A DNA stretch of 64,000 nt from a bacterium (GTDB lineage: Bacteria > Patescibacteriota > Patescibacteriia > UBA10025): positions 299,527 to 363,526 of the forward strand of contig JAKAGM010000001.1 of the NCBI GenBank assembly GCA_021815445.1, written 5' to 3'. The notes under the pieces were generated by a model, which searched no databases, was not told the DNA's origin, and saw only the letters and a list, made by a program, of their open reading frames with translations. Each line of letters begins with the position of its first letter. Position 1 is the first letter of the stretch. Made by a program: the position numbers and the translations under genes. Below, in pieces: positions 51,122-60,008 of this stretch.

Positions 51122-52093
51122 ATGAAAACAGCAGTCATTATCGGTGCAGGACAGCTTGGAAGCAGACATCTTCAAGCGCTTAAATCAGTGACAACTGCCC
51201 TTGAGATTTATGTTATCGATCCTTCAGATAAGTCCCTCAAAGTCGCGAAAGAACGATACGATACTATTGACTCCAAACAACCTAAGCAGCGAGTGACATT
51301 TGCTAATTCTTTACCGGACTCTTTGGATATAGAAATAGCAATTGTAGCTACAAATGCGGATGTTCGAAGAACTGTTGTTGAAAAAATGCTGCGTACAGCC
51401 AAAGTAAGACATCTCATATTGGAAAAACTACTGTTCAGCAAACCGGAAGATTATCCTGCGGTAGCAAAGCTGCTAAGAGAAAAAAACGTTGCGTGCTGGG
51501 TAAATTGCAGCATGAGAACTATGCCTTTTTATCAAACCCTTCAAAAACACTTTAAAGACCTACCGCTCACATACACGGTGACAGGCAGTCAATTCGGGTT
51601 AGTGACTAACGCAATTCATTACCTTGACCATGTGGCTTTCCTTACTGGGTGTCCTGACTTTACTATTTCGACTCAATATTTAAATCCCCGACCCATTGAG
51701 AGTAAACGACCAGGATTTTTGGAACTTAACGGTACGCTGCTTGCCGAGTACCAAAATGGCAGTATCGCTGCGCTTACATGCTACTCTGATGGCAATGCCC
51801 CGGTTGTAGTAGAGATCTGCAACCAAGACTACCGCTGTATATCACGGGAATCGGAGAAACTAGCATGGATTTCGAACCAAAAACAAAACTGGCAGTGGAG
51901 CGAGGTACCCTCAAACTTACCCTACCAAAGCGCAATGACTACCGATGTGGTTGAAGAATTGTTAAAAAAGGGGACGTGTTCCTTGACTCCTTACGCTGAA
52001 TCGATGTCCATCCACCTTAACCTGTTGCCAAAATTACAGGAATTCCTCGATAGAAAATCCACCAAGCAATTTGATCATTATCCATTTACGTAA
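51122..52093 (+). CDS. Gfo/Idh/MocA family NAD-dependent oxidoreductase
   Basis: IIGAGQLGSRHLQ, LILEK, NAIHYLD. Confidence 0.85.
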   Translation: MKTAVIIGAGQLGSRHLQALKSVTTALEIYVIDPSDKSLKVAKERYDTIDSKQPKQRVTFANSLPDSLDIEIAIVATNADVRRTVVEKMLRTAKVRHLILEKLLFSKPEDYPAVAKLLREKNVACWVNCSMRTMPFYQTLQKHFKDLPLTYTVTGSQFGLVTNAIHYLDHVAFLTGCPDFTISTQYLNPRPIESKRPGFLELNGTLLAEYQNGSIAALTCYSDGNAPVVVEICNQDYRCISRESEKLAWISNQKQNWQWSEVPSNLPYQSAMTTDVVEELLKKGTCSLTPYAESMSIHLNLLPKLQEFLDRKSTKQFDHYPFT

Positions 52094-53077
52094 ATGAACA
52101 GCGCATCCCATCCAAAAGTTCTACTCATAGGTACCGGTCCAATAGGTATCGAATACGCAAAAATACTCCAGGCGTTGCGGAAAGACTTTTTAGTTGTGGG
52201 TCGTAGTGAATCATCGTGTAAAAATTTTTTCAGTCAAACAGGAGTTACTGCCCAAATGGGGGGAATACAGGAATGGTTCAGCGTGCACCCGAATATACAT
52301 AGTGACCAGATAGAAAAGGTTATCATCGCTGTCAGCGAAAATGAACTCGGCATTGTGACGCTTACCTGCCTGGAACATGGATGTAATAACATCCTGGTAG
52401 AGAAGCCGGGGGGATTAAATATTGAGGAAATTAAAAAAGTAGAAAGTACATCCAAAAAAAAACATGCTCTCGTTTTTGTTGGGTATAACCGTCGTCAGTA
52501 TGCTTCAGTGAAAATGTGCAAAAAATTGCTTGCAGACGACGGAGGCGTGACGTCTTTTAATTTTGAATTTACTGAATGGGGACACGTCATCCAAGATCTA
52601 AAAAAAGCTGCAGGCGTAAAAGAACAATGGTTTCTGCATAATTCTACGCATGTGATTGACCTTGCATTTTTTCTGGGCGGAAATCCAAAAAAAATAGTGA
52701 CATTTACAAAAGGTTCGTTACCTTGGCATCCTTCGGGGTCGATCTTTGCGGGTGCTGGTGAGTCTTCTTCAGGGGCATTATTCTCTTATCAAGCAAATTG
52801 GTCGGCGCCTGGTCGGTGGGGCGTAGAGGTATTAACATCAAAACATAGATTCATTTTACGTCCTTTGGAAAAACTTCAGATGCAAAAAATCGGATCCGTC
52901 GAGATTTCGGAAGTCCCGTTGGAAGATCGGTACGACAAGGAGTTTAAACCCGGTTTTTACGAGCAAACCAATGCTTTTCTGACTGAAAACTACGACCTTC
53001 TGTGTTCAATTGAAGAGCAAAAGAGAAATTGTGCCACTTATGAAAAAATCTCAGGCAACACCCACAGTTTGGTATGA
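52094..53077 (+). CDS. Gfo/Idh/MocA family NAD-dependent oxidoreductase
   Basis: IGTGPIG, LVEKPG, VGYNRR, NSTHVIDLAF. Confidence 0.87.
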   Translation: MNSASHPKVLLIGTGPIGIEYAKILQALRKDFLVVGRSESSCKNFFSQTGVTAQMGGIQEWFSVHPNIHSDQIEKVIIAVSENELGIVTLTCLEHGCNNILVEKPGGLNIEEIKKVESTSKKKHALVFVGYNRRQYASVKMCKKLLADDGGVTSFNFEFTEWGHVIQDLKKAAGVKEQWFLHNSTHVIDLAFFLGGNPKKIVTFTKGSLPWHPSGSIFAGAGESSSGALFSYQANWSAPGRWGVEVLTSKHRFILRPLEKLQMQKIGSVEISEVPLEDRYDKEFKPGFYEQTNAFLTENYDLLCSIEEQKRNCATYEKISGNTHSLV

Positions 53078-53829
53078 TGGCAGCTGATCTTGGTTGTGGA
53101 GTAAATAAAACGAGGGATACCGTGGGCATCGACCGATTCCCGCTTGAGGGTGTCGATGTTGTTGTCGACCTCAATAAATTCCCATACCCCTTTGCCGATA
53201 ACTCGTTTGACGTCTTCTACCTCAATGACATCATCGAACATTTACCCGACACCATTGGAGTTATGGAGGAATTATACAGATTATGTAAACCAAACGCTCA
53301 CATCTACATACGAGTTATAAATTGGAACAGTAAATTAAACGCCGAGGACCCGACGCATGTAAAAGCATTCACTGAACATACATTTGATTTCTTTGGAAAA
53401 TACGCATTACGTTCCTACTATAGTAAGGCGAGATTTGAAGTTGTATCCTGTGAGTACCAATTCAACGCAAAAGTGGAAAAATACATAAAAAACCGTCGCC
53501 TCATGAAATTCCTAGGTACTTATTTGAATAACGTTTTAGAGGGTCTCAATTTTGACCTGCGGTGTGTAAAAAATACAACATCCCCCAGCGAACATGAACC
53601 TCGTCAGGATCGGGATATTTTTTCGCTTATCAGGTGTCCGCATTGCATCGGTGATAAAGAAACAAAGGATAACTCCAGTTTAACTATTTACAACACCGAC
53701 TGGCTTCTGTGCAGCAACCCTCATTGCAAAAGAAAATACCCGATAGTAAATGGGACCCCCCTGCTCACCTTAAAGGATGGTAATAAACGGATATCCGTAC
53801 AGCCGGAATCACTTGCAACAATAACCTAA
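53074..53829 (+). CDS. Class I SAM-dependent methyltransferase-like protein with C-terminal Trm112-like Zn domain
   Basis: DLGCG, PFADNSFD, IIEHL, DPTH; C-terminal CPHC..LLCSNPHCKRKYPIVNGTPLL. Confidence 0.8.
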   Translation: MMAADLGCGVNKTRDTVGIDRFPLEGVDVVVDLNKFPYPFADNSFDVFYLNDIIEHLPDTIGVMEELYRLCKPNAHIYIRVINWNSKLNAEDPTHVKAFTEHTFDFFGKYALRSYYSKARFEVVSCEYQFNAKVEKYIKNRRLMKFLGTYLNNVLEGLNFDLRCVKNTTSPSEHEPRQDRDIFSLIRCPHCIGDKETKDNSSLTIYNTDWLLCSNPHCKRKYPIVNGTPLLTLKDGNKRISVQPESLATIT

Positions 53830-53839
53830 TGTATCGTAC

Positions 53840-54790
53840 ATGACCCAATCGATTTTCAGAAAATATTATTCTTCCGAATCGCTTGTTGATAAATTCTCGA
53901 GTGATCAATCATCGGGCGTCGATGTGATTATTCCCATTATTCACACAAATGAACTGTGGGAAAGCAATTTGCATTCTATGTACCGGGAAATTCCGATTCG
54001 GCGTTTGCTTATCGGTGACGGCGGATGCAAGGATAATTCCATTGAAGTGGTAAAGAAGTTTCCGCGAGTAAAAATTTTTGACCATAGGTCATTCGTTTCA
54101 CTCGGATATAGCATCAAAAAGCTAATCGAGCAAGTCGAGTCCGAATGGTTTATTTACCTTCACTCAGATGTTTATATTCCCGCCGGTTGGTTTATCGAAA
54201 TGTCAAAGAATAAAAAAAACTACGACTGGTTTGAGTGTAACCAGCGCATAACGGCGCTCATTGAATATCCCCTTGATTACACGGGGATCCATCGACCGTT
54301 TTCGGGAAGCCAGATGGGGAAAAAAGAAATATTTTCGTCCGTCCTGGGTAAGATAGATGATGACTTTCTTTATCGAAATGAGGATATAATTTTTTCAGAG
54401 TTAATCCAAAAAGAGGGGTACCGATACGGCAGGGTTAAGTCAACTTTTCACTACCATCAATTAATGCACAAAGAGGGACCATGGGAGCGAAAAATATCCT
54501 CTGTCGACTTTATCGTGGAAAAGTCAAAAGAGGAGGAGTTTAGAGAGTCAAATATGCAAATCAGGGGGATCATTAAATATCTCGATCCGACTGACGCTCA
54601 CGCAGATATGATTCAAATTCATATTGCAAAGTTGTTGTCGAAACATCTTCTCCAAAAAAAGAAATTTGTGCGATGGGTTGAGCAAACCAATCCGGCATGG
54701 AAAAAACTCATCAAGCGAAGGTTAAAAAAGATTGCTTTGCTTAATGCCGTTAAACGCGCATATGCATTAATTCCCGGCTGGTTGAGGTAG
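53840..54790 (+). CDS. GT2-like (GT-A) glycosyltransferase
   Basis: VDVIIP, GDGGCKDNS, YLHSDV, NED. Confidence 0.75.
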   Translation: MTQSIFRKYYSSESLVDKFSSDQSSGVDVIIPIIHTNELWESNLHSMYREIPIRRLLIGDGGCKDNSIEVVKKFPRVKIFDHRSFVSLGYSIKKLIEQVESEWFIYLHSDVYIPAGWFIEMSKNKKNYDWFECNQRITALIEYPLDYTGIHRPFSGSQMGKKEIFSSVLGKIDDDFLYRNEDIIFSELIQKEGYRYGRVKSTFHYHQLMHKEGPWERKISSVDFIVEKSKEEEFRESNMQIRGIIKYLDPTDAHADMIQIHIAKLLSKHLLQKKKFVRWVEQTNPAWKKLIKRRLKKIALLNAVKRAYALIPGWLR

Positions 54791-54801
54791 CCGACACAAG
54801 T

Positions 54802-56244
54802 ATGAAAAAAAAAGTTTTAGTGATTATTCATTCAAACACCTATTTTAATGAGTTGTTTAAATTAGCCAGAATGCTTTTACACTCCGAGGCGTATGAACCG
54901 ATTTTGTTATTTCCCGTAAACTACTCCAGAAAAGACGATAATGTTGCGACTTGCTTGCATAATGGATTAACTTGTCTCGATGAATTAGGTACTCAGCTGA
55001 AACACGCAAGTGTTAAAAATACCGGCGTAACAGCGTCAACGTTTCCTTTACATAATGTGACTGCCTCTTTGCGTACCTGGGTGCGAAACATGCTCAAAAT
55101 CATCCAAATTGACTTCATTTTCGGGACTTTGTACATGATTCTATTTCTGAAAAGACGAATCTCATTCGCTCAAGAGGTCATTAAAAAGCACAATTGTGAA
55201 CTCATAGTCGTGGGTGGCGATCTTGTACATTATGATTCTTCCGCATTTATCCGCGCGGGGCATGAATTGGGCGTTAAGTCCGTCATCATACCTTGCACGA
55301 TGTCAAACGCCCTTGAGATGGCGGAATCATACTACGGTGACAAGCGCTATTCGATGTCAACTCTTGGTAACTGGCTTGCGGGTAAGCTGATGCCTGAGTG
55401 GACCTATATACATAAGGGAAAAAAAATGCTTCGGACTCCGGCCGACCGTGCATTTGCTATGTATTTTCTCCGCCTCTCCCCCCCATTTCCGTGGATAAAT
55501 AACAGCTCCTTTGCAGATGCCATTGCGGCAGAGAGCGAGATGATGAGGCTGTATTACACTCGAGAAGGGATACCAAACGCTCAGATAACAATTACAGGAT
55601 CCCCCTCTCATGATATTTTGGCGAGTGCCGAAAAAAAGCTTGATACCGAGAAACATACTATTTTCCGGGAGTTGAATCTCAACCCGGGAAAACCGGTCAT
55701 TTTATCCCCCCTGGTGCCAAATCAACACTACCTCGCCGGGGGAAGACCTGAATGCGAATTTCGCACTTATGAGGAACTAATCGAATTCTGGGTACATGCC
55801 ATTTCGAAGATGAGCTCGTCTCATAATATTTTAATAAATCTCCACCCTTCAATGAAAATTGATGATTATAGGAAATTTGAGAAAAATGGAGTTACAATTT
55901 CCGACGCTGACATAACATCACTCATACCTTACTGTGATTTCTTTGTAGCAAGCGTTTCTTCAGTCATTCGGTGGGCCATTGCGTGCGGCAAGCCTGTCCT
56001 TAATTATGACATATATAAATTCCGATACACTGATTACCTCTACCAACCAGCGGTGATCACTACTGAGAAAAAAGGGGATTTTCTGAATTTCTTGGAAAGG
56101 TTGAGCCATGACGCCGCATATTTACGCGAGTTATCGCTGAAGCAAAAAATTTTTTCGAGGAAATGGGGTATCCTTGATGGCAAAGCGCACGTCAGAATCA
56201 TCCAGTTGTTTGATTTGCTCACCAAATCGGGAGTACATGCCTAG
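54802..56244 (+). CDS. Putative GT-B nonulosonyl/sialyl-type transferase (paralog 1)
   Basis: ITGSP..D, LHPS, FVASVSS..WA, WGILDG; located in the nonulosonate cluster. Confidence 0.55.
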   Translation: MKKKVLVIIHSNTYFNELFKLARMLLHSEAYEPILLFPVNYSRKDDNVATCLHNGLTCLDELGTQLKHASVKNTGVTASTFPLHNVTASLRTWVRNMLKIIQIDFIFGTLYMILFLKRRISFAQEVIKKHNCELIVVGGDLVHYDSSAFIRAGHELGVKSVIIPCTMSNALEMAESYYGDKRYSMSTLGNWLAGKLMPEWTYIHKGKKMLRTPADRAFAMYFLRLSPPFPWINNSSFADAIAAESEMMRLYYTREGIPNAQITITGSPSHDILASAEKKLDTEKHTIFRELNLNPGKPVILSPLVPNQHYLAGGRPECEFRTYEELIEFWVHAISKMSSSHNILINLHPSMKIDDYRKFEKNGVTISDADITSLIPYCDFFVASVSSVIRWAIACGKPVLNYDIYKFRYTDYLYQPAVITTEKKGDFLNFLERLSHDAAYLRELSLKQKIFSRKWGILDGKAHVRIIQLFDLLTKSGVHA

Positions 56245-57595
56245 ATTCATACTCTTTGTCGTAAATACAAACACATATTTCTCCGTATTATTCAATTTAG
56301 CCAGGCGGTTTAAGGCGTCTTCTTTCGCCATCCATATCGTGTTTGATGGAGGCTACCCTACCCTTCAACACGATATCGAACGCTGCCGAACAGCAAGACT
56401 AGATTTTTCCATTAGAAACGAGTACGGTTTTTCGAATAATTATTTCATCCGCGTCCTTCAGTTAATCTTATCGAGGGGGTCCCTTGGCAAATTCGTTAAA
56501 TCCTATCTCCAGACGCTCTATGATATCCGATCAATTAAGCAGCTACTGCAACAAAAACAGCCGGATTTTATCGCCCTGGCGGCTGATAACGTCGCATATT
56601 CCACCGCGTTATATATTAAGCTCGGACATACCCTCGGCATAAAAACAGTCGTTTTTCCGCAGTGGTTAGCTAATGCGAAAGAGCCCGTGGAATTTATCAT
56701 TAATGACGATGATTATGAAGTGAAATCTGTTTACTCAAAACTTATTGCCAGGTTCTTTCCCAAGTGGACTTTTTCTGTGAATGGAAAAACATTGCTTCGT
56801 CTGCCTGCTCAAAAAATACTTCTCAAGGAGCTATTTGGCATCTCGCCCAAACTCCCATGGATACTGCATAGCGGAGATGCCGATCGTATCGCTTTAGAAA
56901 GCCGGGCGATGAAAGCATTTTCCAGGAGAATTGGCTTGCCGGATGAACAAACCATTGTAACAGGTTCATTGGAGCTAGACATGTTGTGCGATATAAAGAA
57001 ACACTCTGCAATTTTGCGCCATAAACTCTACGCTAGATACGGATTTGCAAAATCACGCCCCCTTGTGATTACCGCCCTGCCGCCTGATTTCTACACACAT
57101 ACCGGAGGGAGGCCTCAAAGCGAATTTAAAAATTACCGAGAGCTTTTGAATAAGTGGATTGATGCTTTCAAAGTCAATAACCCGGCGAATTTACTGGTTT
57201 GCGTTCATCCCTCTGTAGATAAAAAAAACTTTTCACTGGCTGAGACTGCATACATGAAGCTCTGCAGGGAAGATTTAATTAACGTTTTACCACTTGGGGA
57301 CTTGTTCGTAGCAAGTGTTTCCGCTACTATTCAGTGGGCAATCTGCGTAAATATCCCGACTATAAACTATGACGTTTACCAATATGACTACGATGAATAT
57401 AAGCATGTTGCGGGCGTTATTACTGTTCGCGATTACCACAATTTTAAAACGACGCTGAAACATCTGACACAGCGGCCGGCTGAAATCGAGGAGCTGAGGA
57501 AAAAGCAAAGCAAAATCTCAGACATGTGGGGAACTCTCGATGGTCATTCATTCGACCGTATACAATCATTAATCGATTCTCTCGATAAAGCATGA
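56237..57595 (+). CDS. Putative GT-B nonulosonyl/sialyl-type transferase (paralog 2)
   Basis: Colinear similarity to paralog 1 (NTYF, GGRP..EF..Y.EL, VHPS, FVASVSA, NYD.Y, WG.LDG); start revised to 56237. Confidence 0.55.
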   Translation: MPRFILFVVNTNTYFSVLFNLARRFKASSFAIHIVFDGGYPTLQHDIERCRTARLDFSIRNEYGFSNNYFIRVLQLILSRGSLGKFVKSYLQTLYDIRSIKQLLQQKQPDFIALAADNVAYSTALYIKLGHTLGIKTVVFPQWLANAKEPVEFIINDDDYEVKSVYSKLIARFFPKWTFSVNGKTLLRLPAQKILLKELFGISPKLPWILHSGDADRIALESRAMKAFSRRIGLPDEQTIVTGSLELDMLCDIKKHSAILRHKLYARYGFAKSRPLVITALPPDFYTHTGGRPQSEFKNYRELLNKWIDAFKVNNPANLLVCVHPSVDKKNFSLAETAYMKLCREDLINVLPLGDLFVASVSATIQWAICVNIPTINYDVYQYDYDEYKHVAGVITVRDYHNFKTTLKHLTQRPAEIEELRKKQSKISDMWGTLDGHSFDRIQSLIDSLDKA

Positions 57596-58473
57596 TCTCC
57601 AAAATCGCAAAATTTCTTAAAGAGTTGGCGCTTCTGGTCGAATCAGTTGTTAAAATTCTTTTTTTCTCAAATTTTCAACCCCCGATCAGGAACCTGCGCA
57701 TAGACTCTTCCAAGCCCTCGGTTATACTTGGAAACGGCCCGTCCCTGACTACAACGCTGTCTGACTACCCAGCATTTTTTGTTAATAAAACAAATATTTG
57801 CGTGAATGATTTTGCTGATTCAGACTATTTCGAAAAAATTAAACCCACCATATACGTTTTTACCGACCCGACATACTGGATGACATCAGCGTCGGCGAGA
57901 ATTCAAAACCAACTCGAGCTGTACAAGCAAAAGATGGTAAATAACGTTACCTGGAAAATGACGATTATCTTGCCTTTCGCGGCAAAAAAATGGAATTATT
58001 TCATTGATGTCCCAAAAAAAAATACTAATATATCGATTTGCTACATTAATACGACCGAGGTCAATTGTTTCAAGCGTCTGCGCTTTTATTTGTATAGTAG
58101 AAACTTAGCTATTCCACCAATGCAAAATGTCATTGTTGCAGCTCTCTTTATATCCGTAAACGTGGGAATAAAAACGGCCTACCTTGTCGGGGCTGATCAT
58201 TCATGGCATGAAAGCTTTTTTGTAGGAAATGATAATATCCTCTATTTAAAAAACAAGCGTTTCCAAGATAGAGAAGAGGCGACGTATTCTCCGTTTTATC
58301 AGGATCCCGGTGAAACACTTCCCTATCGAATGGATAATCTACTTTTCGCCCTGGCGAGAATGTTTCAAGGCTACCGCGAACTTGAAGAGTATGCGAAACT
58401 ACATCATGCGAAAATATTTAATGCAAGCACGAAGTCATATATTGACGCCTTTGAAAGATATAAAATATCATAA
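57592..58473 (+). CDS. Cst/Maf(DUF115)-like putative nonulosonate transferase
   Basis: VILGNGPSL, CVN, IKP..YVFTDP, YLVGADH, IFNAS. Confidence 0.6.
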   Translation: MISKIAKFLKELALLVESVVKILFFSNFQPPIRNLRIDSSKPSVILGNGPSLTTTLSDYPAFFVNKTNICVNDFADSDYFEKIKPTIYVFTDPTYWMTSASARIQNQLELYKQKMVNNVTWKMTIILPFAAKKWNYFIDVPKKNTNISICYINTTEVNCFKRLRFYLYSRNLAIPPMQNVIVAALFISVNVGIKTAYLVGADHSWHESFFVGNDNILYLKNKRFQDREEATYSPFYQDPGETLPYRMDNLLFALARMFQGYRELEEYAKLHHAKIFNASTKSYIDAFERYKIS

Positions 58474-58481
58474 TACCAACC

Positions 58482-59153
58482 ATGAACAACATCTTGCTCA
58501 ACCCACTGACGATATATATAAAGAGGCTGCTGGTTGCATTAAGCTTGCAGACGGTTAATTATAAAAAACACCTGTCCATTGGCAATATGAGTGTGGTAAA
58601 AAATTGCCATTTTGGAACATACAATACTATATATGAGAATGCACGCCTCATCGACGTTACCGTTGGCGATTTTACCTACTTTTCCAGCAATTCGTGGGTT
58701 AGCAACGCCGTTATTGGTAAATTCTGCTCAATCGGTCCCGGAGTCATGTGCGGATTAGGCATACATCCAACTTCATTCGTATCGACCCATCCAGCTTTTT
58801 ACTCGACTCAAAAACAAGCTCAAGTAACATTTGCAACCAAGAATCTTTTTGATGAACATAAAATGACAAACATCGGCAATGATGTCTGGATTGGTGCTCG
58901 TGCAATCATACTTGACGGGGTCACAATCGGTGACGGAGCAATCATTGCCGCAGGTGCAGTAGTGACAAAAAATGTTGCTCCCTATGCGATAATGGGTGGG
59001 GTTCCTGCGACTATCATTAAATACCGATTTGGAGACGACGAAATTAAGTCGTTATTGCGACTACAGTGGTGGAATAGAGACCCTCAATGGTTACAACTTC
59101 ACTCAGAACAGTTCACAAAAGTATCAGAATTCCTCAGGTCTAGGTCCGGATAA
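58482..59153 (+). CDS. Hexapeptide O-acetyltransferase (CatB/Vat-related fold), probably acting on glycan
   Basis: IGKFCSIG, STHP, IGNDVWIG, GVPA..IKYRF..WW. Confidence 0.85.
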   Translation: MNNILLNPLTIYIKRLLVALSLQTVNYKKHLSIGNMSVVKNCHFGTYNTIYENARLIDVTVGDFTYFSSNSWVSNAVIGKFCSIGPGVMCGLGIHPTSFVSTHPAFYSTQKQAQVTFATKNLFDEHKMTNIGNDVWIGARAIILDGVTIGDGAIIAAGAVVTKNVAPYAIMGGVPATIIKYRFGDDEIKSLLRLQWWNRDPQWLQLHSEQFTKVSEFLRSRSG

Positions 59154-59183
59154 AGCCGCCTACTAGATTTAGGAAGGGTTCAG

Positions 59184-59999
59184 TCATGTAGCCGAATTCA
59201 TCAAGCGCTGGCGTTTTTTTTCGATTCGCACGCTGATATCATAGCCGAATATAATCACCGCTATACCGCGTAGTAGGTAAAAATACTGCGATAACCTGAT
59301 AAACAGGCCTTTTGAGTATTTTCTCTGAAGTTGAAATGATTCAAAGAGATGTTTCATGGTTTTAGTCGCACTTTTTGTCTGCATATAATAGCGAGCATTC
59401 GAAATAACCCATGGGAGTGTAATAGGCTCAGCTACCGCGGCCATGCGAAGCCATAAATCATAATCCATAGACAGGTGTAAGCTCTCGTCAATAAGCCCGA
59501 CTTTTAGGAAAAAATCCTTCCGATAAAAGCAGCTTGGTTGGACTATAGTATCCACACATAGTAATTTATTTTTTGAGTATACTTCCGGCATTTTCACCAC
59601 GAATTCGCGACCCTCTAAATCGACAAATTTCCATCCCCCATACCCCCACTGAGCTTCCGGGTACTTGAGAAATTGCTCGACGACGCTACCAAGAACCTGC
59701 GGTTCATAATAGTCGTCAGAATTCAAGTATGTGAGCAACTCGCCGGTGGCAAGCTTGGATCCCTTATTAATCGCATCAGACTGGCCGCGGTCAGGCTCGG
59801 AAATAAATCGGAAACGGATACCTTTTTTTTCGATTAACGGTCTAAATTTTTCCACAATGTGCGCCGTTTCGTCAGTAGACTTCCCGTCAACAATAATGAA
59901 CTCAAGATCTAGGTCGTCAGGCTGGCGCAATATACTCTCAATAGTCTGAGAAATAAATTTGCCCTGATTGAACGATGGTGTGATAATTGAAAGTCGCAT
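59184..59999 (-). CDS. GT2 glycosyltransferase
   Basis: SIITPSFNQ, DGKSTD, GQSDAINKG, LNSDD, DYDLWLR. Confidence 0.92.
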   Translation of the reverse strand: MRLSIITPSFNQGKFISQTIESILRQPDDLDLEFIIVDGKSTDETAHIVEKFRPLIEKKGIRFRFISEPDRGQSDAINKGSKLATGELLTYLNSDDYYEPQVLGSVVEQFLKYPEAQWGYGGWKFVDLEGREFVVKMPEVYSKNKLLCVDTIVQPSCFYRKDFFLKVGLIDESLHLSMDYDLWLRMAAVAEPITLPWVISNARYYMQTKSATKTMKHLFESFQLQRKYSKGLFIRLSQYFYLLRGIAVIIFGYDISVRIEKKRQRLMNSAT

Positions 60000-60008
60000 A
60001 ATATATTT

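Noticed and set aside
58482-59153. CatB/Vat antibiotic-resistance acetyltransferase
   Set aside because: The same fold is common for sugar O-acetylases; it is the terminal gene of a glycan operon with no mobile context
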